DNA of 64,000 bases from an uncultured Sphingomonadaceae bacterium (GCA_964406535.1 CAYOSE010000003.1:127-64126); one strand, 5' to 3'. Positions 1-9,161 are shown, counted from the stretch's first letter. Numbers and translations: made by a program. Notes: generated by a model from the sequence alone, not told the origin.

Positions 1-872
1 GGCTTGGGCGCGATGCCGAGCTTGTCGAAGCCCGGCTGCTCGCCGTTCGCGACGTTGCCGCGCTGCAGGATCACCCACTGGTCGCCGTTCATCGGCGTCA
101 GCGGCAGGGCGGCAAACACCGCGCCGGCGACATCGGGCATCGGCACGAAGGTGCGCTTGCGCTGCTGCGCGGCGGCGATCTGTTCGTGCAGCTGCTCCAC
201 CGTGACCACATCGGGGCCGGCCAGTTCGTAGGTCTTGCTGCCATGCTTGCCCGGATCGGCGAGCGTAAGCGCCAGCGCCTCGGCCACGTCATCGACCCAT
301 AGCGGCTGGAACTTGGCCTGTGGGGCGAAGATCGGGATCACCGGTAGGCTGCTGATCAGGCCGGCGAACATGTTGATGAAGTCGTCGTCCTCGCCGAAAA
401 TCACCGAGGGGCGCAGGATGGTCGCCTTGGGGAAGGCCCCGAGCACCAGCTGCTCGCCTTCGCCCTTGGTCCGCGCATAGGTGCTTTCCTCGTCATCGGC
501 ATTGGCGCCGATGGCGGAGACATAGACGAAGCTGGTTGCGCCGGTCGCCTTCGCGGCCTGTGCGGCATGGCCCGCAGCCTTGGCCTGCAGCGTATCCAGA
601 TCGCCGTCGAACGCGCCGACCAGATAGACGACCGCGTCGGAGCCCGCCACGCAGGCCTCGATGCTGTCCTTGCTGGCGACGTTGCAGCGGGCGAATTGCA
701 GCTGGCCGAGATTGGCGAGCGGCTTGAGGCGCAGCGCCTTCTCCGGGTGGCGTGCCGCGACCCGCAGCCGGGCGCCGCGCGTGAGCAGTTTTTCCGCGAC
801 GTGGCGGCCGACAAAGCCGTTGCCGCCGATCAGGGTGACGAGCTTGCCATACAGGGGATCGTTGCGTGCCAT
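1..872 (-). CDS. Complex I NDUFA9-family NAD(P)-dependent epimerase/dehydratase (3' end runs off the window)
   Basis: Manual translation from ATG at 872: MARNDPLYGKLVTLIGGNGFVGRHV (Rossmann GGxGxxG), later YARTKGEGE and ILRPSVIFG; open to the window edge, so absent from the ORF track. Confidence 0.88.
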   Translation of the reverse strand, partial: MARNDPLYGKLVTLIGGNGFVGRHVAEKLLTRGARLRVAARHPEKALRLKPLANLGQLQFARCNVASKDSIEACVAGSDAVVYLVGAFDGDLDTLQAKAAGHAAQAAKATGATSFVYVSAIGANADDEESTYARTKGEGEQLVLGAFPKATILRPSVIFGEDDDFINMFAGLISSLPVIPIFAPQAKFQPLWVDDVAEALALTLADPGKHGSKTYELAGPDVVTVEQLHEQIAAAQQRKRTFVPMPDVAGAVFAALPLTPMNGDQWVILQRGNVANGEQPGFDKLGIAPK

Positions 873-999
873 GAAAGCTGCCTGTTGAGTGCTTGAAGTC
901 TGTTCTTTGCCAATGCACGATGGCAGCAGCACGTTCAATGCCCCTTGGGTGCTCTTGGGTGCCGTTGGGGTTTCGTGCGATGCTCGTGCGATATTCGCG

Positions 1000-1029
1000 T
1001 TGACAGGCAGGGTGTCGCTTCGCTAGTGG
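1000..1029 (+). promoter_or_regulatory. Putative sigma70 promoter of tRNA-Leu
   Basis: Perfect TTGACA at 1000-1005, weak -10 (TAGTGG) ~18 bp later, then GC-rich discriminator GCGCGCGCC, ~45 bp upstream of the tRNA. Confidence 0.5.
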
Positions 1030-1075
1030 CGCGCGCCTACCATGCGGCAAGTCGCTGATGACTGGCCGCTCGGGT

Positions 1076-1162
1076 GCCCAGATGGCGGAATTGGTAGACG
1101 CACCGTCTTCAGGTGGCGGCGATCGCAAGGTCGTGGAGGTTCGAGTCCTCTTCTGGGCACCA
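1076..1162 (+). tRNA. tRNA-Leu (anticodon CAG)
   Basis: Acceptor stem GCCCAGA/TCTGGGC, D-loop GGAATTGGTAGAC, anticodon stem CCGTC/GGCGG with loop TTCAGGT, long variable arm, T-loop GGTTCGAGTCC, encoded CCA. Confidence 0.97.
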
Positions 1163-1167
1163 TTTCA
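1143..1167 (+). repeat. attL (tRNA 3' end direct repeat)
   Basis: GAGTCCTCTTCTGGGCACCATTTCA, repeated at 33661-33684 with a 1-nt deletion. Confidence 0.93.
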
Positions 1168-1274
1168 GCGTTCAGCGATGTCCAAACATATTGCATAAAT
1201 GGCGGAATTCTGCCATTTTTTCTCCGGTCCTGATGATTGGAGTCCCGCTTTGTTCCACTATGTTTTGCATCGAC

Positions 1275-1336
1275 TGGGGGCCTCAATGGGGGCTCATTTT
1301 GGCGAATGTGTGTTCGCGAATCTGAGTGAGGCCCCC
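1275..1336. promoter_or_regulatory. Putative integrase arm-type binding sites (left arm)
   Basis: TGGGGGC at 1275 and 1287 (12-bp period) plus inverted GAGGCCCCC at 1328-1336; same layout at 33583-33617. Confidence 0.65.
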
Positions 1337-1338
1337 GG

Positions 1339-2541
1339 ATGGCTCTGACGACTCAGCAGGTTCGCGGGTTCAAGCCGAAGGATAAGCCTTACAAGAAGGG
1401 CGATGAGAGAGGCCTGTACCTCCTCGTAAAACCGAATGGCTCAAAGCTCTGGCATCTCAAGTATCGCTTCGGCGGCAGGGAAAAGAAGATGCCGATTGGC
1501 GCTTTCCCGGAAGTCGGCCTGGCGCAGGCGCGTCACGAAAGGGATCGTGCGCGCCTCGCGATTGCCGATGGCATCGACCCCATGCGCGAGCGCAAGCGGG
1601 AAAAGGCGCAAATCAAGCTTGGCGCAGAGAACACGTTCGCATCTGTGGCGCAGACCTACATCGAGGAGAAGATGGTCCGGGAGGGGCGGGCCGAGGCAAC
1701 GCTTCGCAAGGCACGCTGGTTTCTCGATCTGCTCAAACCTGCCGTAGGGAACATGCCGCTCAATGATGTCGATCCGCAGCTGATGCTGGCGGCGCTCAAA
1801 AAGCTGGAGGCGAAAGGCAATCTGGAAACGGCGAAGAAGTGCCGTTCGTTTGCAAGCCGGGTGTTCCGGTTCGGAGCGGCCATGGGTCTTTGCGAGTCTG
1901 ATCCGACATCAATCCTCAAAGGCGCGCTGGTTTCGCCAAAGGCGCGGCATTACGCGGCGATCCTCGAACCGGAGAAGCTGGGTCAACTGCTGCGCGCGAT
2001 CGATGGCTACGAGTGCTACCCTGTCACGAAATTCGCATTGCAAATCGCGCCTCACATATTCGTGCGGCCTGGCGAACTTCGTCACGGAGAGTGGGAGGAG
2101 ATCGACTGGGACAAAGCCACCTGGACTATTCCAGAAGGCAAAATGAAGGCGCGCCGGACCCATGTGGTGCCGTTGTCCCGGCAGGTTCTGGAACTGTTTC
2201 GGGAGCTGAAGTCGATTTCCGGCGGGAGGGGATACATCTTTCCGGCATTTCACACCCGGCAACGGCCCATGAGCGAGAACACGATCAATGCGGCCTTCCG
2301 CCGCATGGGTTTCACCAAGGACGAAGTCACAGCGCACGGTTTGCGTTCGACGGCGTCCACCATGCTCAACGAAAGCGGCCTCTGGCATCCCGACGCCATC
2401 GAACGCGCACTGGCCCATGGCGATAGCAACGCGATCCGAGGCGTCTACAATCGTGGCAACTACTGGGATGAGCGCGTCAAAATGGCTCAGTGGTGGAGCG
2501 ATAATCTGGACAAACTTCGAAAAGGCGAATCGAGCCGTTGA
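1339..2541 (+). CDS. int: P4-family tyrosine integrase with N-terminal arm-binding domain
   Basis: N-terminal KPYKKGDERGLYLLVKPNGSKLWHLKYR; catalytic motifs VRPGE, HGLR, LAHG, VYNR; adjacent to tRNA/attL. Confidence 0.96.
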   Translation: MALTTQQVRGFKPKDKPYKKGDERGLYLLVKPNGSKLWHLKYRFGGREKKMPIGAFPEVGLAQARHERDRARLAIADGIDPMRERKREKAQIKLGAENTFASVAQTYIEEKMVREGRAEATLRKARWFLDLLKPAVGNMPLNDVDPQLMLAALKKLEAKGNLETAKKCRSFASRVFRFGAAMGLCESDPTSILKGALVSPKARHYAAILEPEKLGQLLRAIDGYECYPVTKFALQIAPHIFVRPGELRHGEWEEIDWDKATWTIPEGKMKARRTHVVPLSRQVLELFRELKSISGGRGYIFPAFHTRQRPMSENTINAAFRRMGFTKDEVTAHGLRSTASTMLNESGLWHPDAIERALAHGDSNAIRGVYNRGNYWDERVKMAQWWSDNLDKLRKGESSR

Positions 2542-2568
2542 TGGCGCGTTGCTATGTGGGCGGCTAAG

Positions 2569-3273
2569 TTAGAGCGGCAAATATTCCATATGGATGCCCC
2601 AAAAATCCGCGGGATCTCGATATAGGTTGATCGTGTTGCTGGAGCAGAACGCGACAAGGCCCGAAGGCGGCTGCGCCGGGAGATCGTGGGCCCACCAAAT
2701 GAACCAGCGCCGCGTGTTGCGGGTGCGACTTGGATTGGTGCGCATAGTCATTTCTCGACGAACTCCGAGAAGTTCTTTCAAGAGGGCTTTGTTGAACACG
2801 CGATGTTTTGCTTCAACACCTAGTAAGACTTCGTCTGGCAGGGGTCTCTGGCTAGTGCCTGGAACCACCAGCACGATGTCAAGTTCATGGCATTTGCCAT
2901 AAATCTGGCCGGTGAGGGCTTTCGCTGCGCGGCCTGCGCTGATTGCCAGACATTCAATATCTACCCAGAGCTCGCCAACAGTCCCGCGATCGTCGTCGAT
3001 ACGGATATACGGCCATTTGGCACGATCAATTGGTCCGCCCTTGGCGCGGAACACGAGCGACGATCCATGTACGAGAATAAAGCTTAGCGATGAACGCATG
3101 GCCTTCAGCCTAGCCATCACTTCAATCAACGCGTTTAATTCATATGCTTTCTCCTGCAGTGTCGCGCTCGCGAGCAATTGGCCGGCGGTCCGACGATCCA
3201 ATCCCAGATGACTACGAAAGGCGTCACGCAGCTTCTTCTTCACTGTCGTCGATGTACGCGGTTTGAGCGCCAC
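2569..3273 (-). CDS. Hypothetical protein, putative PD-(D/E)XK nuclease
   Basis: 234 aa; ELDIVLV...LLGVEAKHR resembles a D...ExK motif; GTG start overlaps the TAG of the upstream gene. Confidence 0.55.
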   Translation of the reverse strand: MALKPRTSTTVKKKLRDAFRSHLGLDRRTAGQLLASATLQEKAYELNALIEVMARLKAMRSSLSFILVHGSSLVFRAKGGPIDRAKWPYIRIDDDRGTVGELWVDIECLAISAGRAAKALTGQIYGKCHELDIVLVVPGTSQRPLPDEVLLGVEAKHRVFNKALLKELLGVRREMTMRTNPSRTRNTRRWFIWWAHDLPAQPPSGLVAFCSSNTINLYRDPADFWGIHMEYLPL

Positions 3274-3740
3274 TACCGTTCTCCATCTGAACTGTCGGTT
3301 GCGTCCTCCCAGAAGCCGCCGTCGTCACCATGGATCATGGCGACAAAGCTGCGCAGAAATTCAATCATCGCATCGACTTCCTCGGATTCTCCGGACAGTG
3401 AGCGTCGATCTTCACCGAACTCGACCTCGAATGTGTCCACAGGATCTCCTTCCTCGGTCAGGAGAAGGCTCCCTAAGCGTTCGCGCTGTTGATTGAGCGT
3501 CCAGTGCGATCGCGATTTTAGGAAGAGCATAAACTCGCTGGCATAGAGGCGTAGATCACTCAGAGCGGGCTCATTGGCATCAGCCGCCTCTATTGAACTA
3601 TCCGCCGCACCCGCTCGACGCTCTTCGATCGCTAGCTCCATGGCAAGGTCCCAGTTGGCATACCCGGAGCGTTGGACCAGCAAGCGGAATTCGTCGAAAA
3701 CGTCCTGCCATTCCTCCTCGCTAAACTCACGCGTGTCCAT
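3273..3740 (-). CDS. Highly acidic hypothetical protein
   Basis: 155 aa, about 39 D/E versus about 14 K/R by hand count; AGAAGG RBS-like sequence upstream; coupled to the downstream gene. Confidence 0.7.
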   Translation of the reverse strand: MDTREFSEEEWQDVFDEFRLLVQRSGYANWDLAMELAIEERRAGAADSSIEAADANEPALSDLRLYASEFMLFLKSRSHWTLNQQRERLGSLLLTEEGDPVDTFEVEFGEDRRSLSGESEEVDAMIEFLRSFVAMIHGDDGGFWEDATDSSDGER

Positions 3741-3945
3741 GATGCCTTCTTATCTCCTGCTTCCCGATAGGACTGTGAACTGAGTACTTACCGGGCATTA
3801 AATGAATCCAGAATTCTACACCGGGTGACAGAAGTTTACGTCGAAGAGTATGGCGTAGGTTCGAAACGGACTTGACTGGTACATTGGTTCTTATCTGTTC
3901 CGCAAAATTGCAAGCTCGCGCGGTCACAACATTTGGACGTAAAAT

Positions 3946-5070
3946 TTGCCCTTGCTCTGCTCCACAATCGTTGCACCTGACAGTTCACATTGGGCCAAAT
4001 GGCTTGACGCGATGTCCGCTGATGATCGCATTCGACAAGAGCGAGCACTTTCGTTGCACGATCGGCTCCTCGCACAAGGTCGTATACCTCTACTGTGCTG
4101 GCACCACCTGGAAGAATTGCTCGGTGGAGATGATGACACAAAAGCTCGCAAACGTATCTCCTTCCTGACGTCGCTCCCTCTCATCGCGTGGATTCGGTTG
4201 CCAAAAGACCAAATCGGGCTGGCATCCGCCGCACATGTGCGCGCCGCCGAGGTGATCGCAGCGAGCGAGGGCCTGAACGATCTTATCGATATCCGCGATC
4301 GAGCTCGCGAGCTTCTCTTGCGATTTGGAACCGGCAGCCAAGCCATCGGCGAAGAAGAGTGGGTTTGGGAGGCGGTGCGTCCCATATTGCGAGCGCGCAA
4401 GAATGGATCTGACCTGATCGCCGCTCTGGGACCGCTGCGCACATTCGACGAAAGCCGGACGATCGGCGAGCTTTCGAGGGGTTCGATTAATTCCCCGCAA
4501 GAGATGCGGGCGCAGCTGGGAACTATTCGCGCCAAGGCGTTTGAAGAAGCAATGCAGAGCACTGGCGGAGACGTGGTTCGAGCTGGGGAGATGGCGAACG
4601 AGTTCCTAGTGCGAATCTTGTCGAAGCTTCCACCACCAGGGACAACCATTCGGGAACTATTGGTCTCCTCTCTGGTCGATCAGGGCCTCGACGAAGCTGA
4701 GGTGCGCGATGAATGTGTTCTGGCGGACCTTAGTCGCCTTGGTGTGTTTCGCAGCCAACTTCGGGTGATCGCGTCCGAGACTGGTCACTCATTTGAGGCA
4801 CTTAAGCGCGTGCCAATGGACGTGCTGCCTAGCTGGGTGGTCGCTGAGGCCCTTCGAAAACATGGACAGGTCAGAAAGCTACGACCGGGCAGTGATCTAC
4901 ACGATAGCCATCTCGCTGTATTGGCTGCCTACTGCGACGTGCTTTATGTCGACAAACGGACGGCAGAAGATTTCCGGCGTGCAGAGAGTAAGGAGCCGGA
5001 GCTTGTTGGGCTGATAGGGACCATTGCCAAGGCGAGCGACTTCGACGGAATCCTGGCACCAACAGGTTAA
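3946..5070 (+). CDS. Hypothetical protein, possible PIN-like nuclease
   Basis: 374 aa; acidic residues in PIN-like positions: IVAPDSS, HHLEEL, DLHDSHLAVLAAYCDVLYVDKR; start codon uncertain. Confidence 0.5.
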   Translation: MPLLCSTIVAPDSSHWAKWLDAMSADDRIRQERALSLHDRLLAQGRIPLLCWHHLEELLGGDDDTKARKRISFLTSLPLIAWIRLPKDQIGLASAAHVRAAEVIAASEGLNDLIDIRDRARELLLRFGTGSQAIGEEEWVWEAVRPILRARKNGSDLIAALGPLRTFDESRTIGELSRGSINSPQEMRAQLGTIRAKAFEEAMQSTGGDVVRAGEMANEFLVRILSKLPPPGTTIRELLVSSLVDQGLDEAEVRDECVLADLSRLGVFRSQLRVIASETGHSFEALKRVPMDVLPSWVVAEALRKHGQVRKLRPGSDLHDSHLAVLAAYCDVLYVDKRTAEDFRRAESKEPELVGLIGTIAKASDFDGILAPTG

Positions 5071-5269
5071 CCGCGATCAATTGTGCAGCCGACAACCGGA
5101 TTGAAGCCGGTAAGGCAACCAAGGGGCTAGCTTCACCGAGTCAAGGCTAACCGAGGGCCGCAGTCCCCTGTCGCCGTCTCGCGAAAAATCCGCTCGCTTC
5201 GAAATGGTTCTGCAGAGTGCGGACATGGTCATCCGCTATGTCGTTTTCCTTGAAGCGCCGTTGTCACGG

Positions 5270-5869
5270 CTATGGCTGATGGATCTTTTCGGTGAGGAAG
5301 AACACGCCGTGTAGCGTTGAAACCAGCATTGAAGAAAACGCAAAGGTGAGCGCGATGCCCACAATGGCTTTGACTAGGAGCCAAGGCCATACTGCTCCAA
5401 TAGAACCAGCAATGAAGGCGTGCAGGGCCTCAATCGCACCGGACAGCGCATTGATGGCCACTAACGCAAAGCACAGGCCGAACGACACAACGACAAGGTA
5501 GGAAAACAGGTAGGAAAGGAACAGCCGCCGGGTCAAAGGGTTGGCCTTCACTATTTTCCCGTTGACCAGCATATCTATCGTCGGCGCAGGCGAGGGCATT
5601 TCCTTGTCCATTGAAGTGCTGCCAAAGGTCGCAACCGCTGCAAGGCCAGCGAAATAGAATCCCGGAAGCGTTGAAACCAGCGTCAGCAAACTTGTTGCAA
5701 GGCCACCTTCACCAACAAGCGCGGGTTTGACAGGCAGCACGACGTAAATGACAACGGCGACGACCGTAAGAATCAGCGGAAGCCACGTGGTATAGGTCCG
5801 CATTTCGACGTGCGAAATGCGGCGATAGGCGACTCCCCGACCTAGTTCATATAGTAGCTGTCCAAACAC
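5270..5869 (-). CDS. Four-TM membrane protein (RexB/KwaA-like architecture)
   Basis: 199 aa with four hydrophobic stretches (WLPLILTVVAVVIYVVLP; LLTLVSTLPGFYFAGLAAVATF; LFLSYLFSYLVVVSFGLCFALVAI; LLVKAIVGIALTFAFSSMLV); GTG start 1 nt after the upstream stop. Confidence 0.75.
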   Translation of the reverse strand: MFGQLLYELGRGVAYRRISHVEMRTYTTWLPLILTVVAVVIYVVLPVKPALVGEGGLATSLLTLVSTLPGFYFAGLAAVATFGSTSMDKEMPSPAPTIDMLVNGKIVKANPLTRRLFLSYLFSYLVVVSFGLCFALVAINALSGAIEALHAFIAGSIGAVWPWLLVKAIVGIALTFAFSSMLVSTLHGVFFLTEKIHQP

Positions 5870-5870
5870 C

Positions 5871-6854
5871 TCAAAGCGTCCGATGGTTCAGAAATTCCGG
5901 GATTGCCAAGTCCCTCAAGTGACTAACTACCTGCATAGCAGATTGGTCCAAAAATGGATAGATATTAGTGAGTTCGAAGAACTTGACGTATAGTTCTTCA
6001 AGTGGGTTCCCAGTGGTGGTATCAATTTGCACCGTGACGGTTTTATTGTTCCCCGGAACCTTATAACTGACCTTTGCTACGCCATAAGTTCCAGAGTTTG
6101 CTTGGAACGATTGGACGAGTGATTGCCACATATTCGCTGGAAGATTGTTTTGGTCCAGTTGAAGGCGAAGTTCGGTTTCCTTCTTCTTCAGATAGGCGGA
6201 ACCGGCGATGGGCGTTACGGCTTCAGCTTTGACAAGTGATATGCCGGTAATCTGCCCGTTGTTAATGTCGGCAATTAGCGTGTCCGACGGCCTGCCTCGC
6301 AGTTCGATATGTGGGCAACACCGCTCCATTCGTGGTTGGCCTTGGCGGGTCAATCCGCCCGCTGGATGGGGATATGTAAACGACGTTGCGTCGTCCCTAT
6401 ATTCGTAGTGCAGCAACTTCGACAAAAGCCTTTGCACAAGGCTGGACGCCAAACCCGGAATGCGCTCAATCGCGCATGTGTAGATGTTTGGAAAACCCTG
6501 TTCTTGGGCCGTCGAAATGATGACGTGGCATCCGAAGTCGGAACCTTCGTTTTCTTCCTTTTCCAGCACATTGAAATGCCCGGCAGCGGGGTCGGAATAC
6601 ACGGCGTTTGGCGTAGTCTTATCAGACAAGCGGACAAGCAACGTGATGAACTGTTGAGCAGCGTCAATCTGAATGTCACCAACCAACATGGTGCCGGTTT
6701 CAGAACGAATTGGATAAGTGCGGGCCGTATCCTTCATGCGCTGGAAGACCGGAACGATGTCGTCCATCGTAGGGATAGACGCACCTTCCTTACGGGCACC
6801 AATTTCCAGATCGTATATGTAAAACTGCCTACGATTGTTCTGCATTCGATACAT
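5871..6854 (-). CDS. Soluble hypothetical protein (RexA/KwaB/DUF4747-like candidate)
   Basis: 327 aa, beta-rich pattern, no TM segments; operonic with the 4-TM gene; fold call is inference only. Confidence 0.6.
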   Translation of the reverse strand: MYRMQNNRRQFYIYDLEIGARKEGASIPTMDDIVPVFQRMKDTARTYPIRSETGTMLVGDIQIDAAQQFITLLVRLSDKTTPNAVYSDPAAGHFNVLEKEENEGSDFGCHVIISTAQEQGFPNIYTCAIERIPGLASSLVQRLLSKLLHYEYRDDATSFTYPHPAGGLTRQGQPRMERCCPHIELRGRPSDTLIADINNGQITGISLVKAEAVTPIAGSAYLKKKETELRLQLDQNNLPANMWQSLVQSFQANSGTYGVAKVSYKVPGNNKTVTVQIDTTTGNPLEELYVKFFELTNIYPFLDQSAMQVVSHLRDLAIPEFLNHRTL

Positions 6855-7025
6855 CCCTGTTTGCCGTGAGATAGCACGGCGAATCTTTTGCCGCCATATT
6901 CAGCCCACTGATTTGGTGTAACAAAGCAACCCGCTAGGATACGGCTTCGCGCCATCCTGTGGCCTCCCCAAGACGCTAAGCCAGTTGCCGACCCATACGC
7001 GGTCCATCTGCCCGAAGGCCGGGCG

Positions 7026-7250
7026 CTAAGCGCCCGGTTCCTTCTTCTCGTCGTCCAGCGGCGTGCGAAGGACAATCCGGCCATTGATCGGCACGACTTC
7101 CAGTTGAAGCGAAAGGCCCTTGCGGTCGCGGTGGAACCACGCGGCTCCGATGCGGGTCCAGAAGCCCTTGTCGCCCTTGTTGGCGACATGCCAGGCGAGG
7201 AAGTCCGGCGGATTGGTCTCCTGCGCGGGTGCGGTATTGCTGCGTGCCAT
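7026..7250 (-). CDS. Small conserved element protein, DUF736/PC4-like putative ssDNA-binding protein
   Basis: 74 aa MARSNT...PPDFLAWHV...WTRIGAAW...GLSLQLEVVPINGRIVL; AAGGA RBS before ATG 7250. Confidence 0.6.
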   Translation of the reverse strand: MARSNTAPAQETNPPDFLAWHVANKGDKGFWTRIGAAWFHRDRKGLSLQLEVVPINGRIVLRTPLDDEKKEPGA

Positions 7251-7453
7251 GATGATTTCCTTTCGTGTCTGGTGGCTCGTTGCACCAAACGGGAAGGCCG
7301 CACGGCCAAGGGCAGGATTCATGTCCAACACGGGTGAGCGGAGCGAACCGGCGCGGGCCGGGCATTGAAGGCTGACCGCGTGCGGCCAGTCAGGGTGCTC
7401 AGAACGAAGCCGAAACGACGCGATAGGAACCCATCGCCAACAACCTAGCGTCC

Positions 7454-8365
7454 TCAGGATACCTCGTAGGACTTTTCCAGCAGCGGCTTTGCCTTCTCGA
7501 AATCGGCGGAACTCTGGATCGTAATCTCAAGATCGCCAGTGCCGAAATGGCCGATACCGCGCACATCGCGGGTAAAGCCTTGTTCGAGCACGACGCTGTC
7601 CGGATCGACTTTGACATAGACCAGCAGCTTCTTGGCCTGATTGCGGAACTCAAGACTGGCGAAATTCTTGATGCGACGGAAGGCGACATAATAGGCGGTC
7701 GTCTTGGCTTCCACGTCGTCGCCAAGCGCGAGCATGAAGTCCGACATCAAATGATAAAGGTCGGTCAGCTCCTGGGGTGCCTCTGTCATCTGATCTTCAA
7801 TGGTCTTGTAGTTCGGCTTGGTGCCGGTCGGCGCGGCAGGCACGGCGGCTGAAGTCGGCCCCTTCGCGCTGGCAGAGGTAAGTTGTTCAAGCAGCAGAAG
7901 GTCGCCTTCAAACTTCCGGTAGCGAATGAGCGAGATATTGCGGTTCATCTGCTTGACCGCATGCTCATCGTATTTGCCGAAATCCCCGGCGATGCAGATC
8001 AGGCGCGGCCCGGACCAATCGACGGCTTTGGCCGCGTCCTTGCCGAGCTTTTCCAGCACGAGCCATTCGAAGTCCTTCCGGTGTCCCATCAACCAGTCGA
8101 GGTAAAACAGGCCCTGATTGATCACGTTCTCGTTCGACGAACGCTTGTACTCAATCACTACCGGGCTATTGTTCTCGTCGATCCCAAGGCTATCCATACG
8201 ACCACCCTCGTTGGTGATGAACTCGCTCGCGAGAAACCGGACGCCGAGAAGGCTCTCAAGATTGGCTTCGAACAAAGTCTGCAGCGACTTCTCCAGAGCA
8301 ACCGCTCCGCCGGACAACTCGGCAACGCCGCCCTGAGTCATTCTGTAGAGTTTGATGTCGCTCAT
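7454..8365 (-). CDS. NucS/DUF91-like PD-(D/E)XK domain + DUF5655 protein
   Basis: 303 aa; LEKSLQ...GRMDSLGID...VIEYKR nuclease motif; C-terminal RDVRGIGHFGTGDLEITI typical of DUF5655. Confidence 0.8.
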   Translation of the reverse strand: MSDIKLYRMTQGGVAELSGGAVALEKSLQTLFEANLESLLGVRFLASEFITNEGGRMDSLGIDENNSPVVIEYKRSSNENVINQGLFYLDWLMGHRKDFEWLVLEKLGKDAAKAVDWSGPRLICIAGDFGKYDEHAVKQMNRNISLIRYRKFEGDLLLLEQLTSASAKGPTSAAVPAAPTGTKPNYKTIEDQMTEAPQELTDLYHLMSDFMLALGDDVEAKTTAYYVAFRRIKNFASLEFRNQAKKLLVYVKVDPDSVVLEQGFTRDVRGIGHFGTGDLEITIQSSADFEKAKPLLEKSYEVS

Positions 8366-8372
8366 GCAGGTC

Positions 8373-9161
8373 CTACCTCGGAAGCTTGTAACGGATGGTC
8401 AGGGATGCGCCCTTTCCCTTTGGTGGTTGGGCAAGAATTGAATCGGCAGCTTTCTGCTCCGCATACATGGCATTGCAGCAGCTTGGCATGGCTGCTTTTG
8501 GCCCCGGATAGCCTCCGAGCTCGCGATGGAGTTCGCCGGAATTGATGTCGAGAAAAGTAGCTTGGCGCATCTCGGCAAGGCGCAGTTTCTTGCGGATTGC
8601 CTCCCGGAAATCATCGGTTGTAGGTATGGAGTTGGCAATTCCTTGTGGCGTAGGTGGAGCGATGGGAAGGCTCGGCTCCGCAGTGGCCTCTAGCTCAAGT
8701 CGGCGACCTGACATGCTCACTGGATTGAGCTCCCAGACCTCGACATCCTCCGGCACCATGTGACCCTGAGTGCGCAGATAATATTCGGCAAGACTCTCGC
8801 TGCGACCGTCGCGAAGGCTCTCCTGCACGATCAGAATCTTGCGATAGCCAGACGGTGCCAGGATGAAATGCAGCATCGCCTCGTTCAGTGACCGCAGCTT
8901 CGCGCTGGGGGCGTTGCCGCCGCTGGTCCAAGTGTATGACTTGCACTCAACAAGCACTGGTGGGGCATCGCCACCCAAGTCGAAGTTGTGCGCCTTCTTT
9001 CGCTCATGCCCAATCAGCGCAGAGAAATTGAAGTCCAGCTCGAGTCCTTGGGATGACAGGAAATCCCGGGCCGACTGTTCGAACTCACGCCCGGCATGCG
9101 CATTGCTGATCGCACCAACCCGTTGATGGGCATTCCGAGGTAGGTCCGCTTCGTCGCTCAC
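8373..9161 (-). CDS. Two-domain PD-(D/E)XK nuclease-like protein
   Basis: 262 aa; GREFE...HNFDLG...LVECKS N-terminal nuclease motif; separate C-terminal module INSGELHRELGGYPG...MPSCC...LTIRYKLPR; GTGA overlap with the MTase stop. Confidence 0.7.
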   Translation of the reverse strand: MSDEADLPRNAHQRVGAISNAHAGREFEQSARDFLSSQGLELDFNFSALIGHERKKAHNFDLGGDAPPVLVECKSYTWTSGGNAPSAKLRSLNEAMLHFILAPSGYRKILIVQESLRDGRSESLAEYYLRTQGHMVPEDVEVWELNPVSMSGRRLELEATAEPSLPIAPPTPQGIANSIPTTDDFREAIRKKLRLAEMRQATFLDINSGELHRELGGYPGPKAAMPSCCNAMYAEQKAADSILAQPPKGKGASLTIRYKLPR

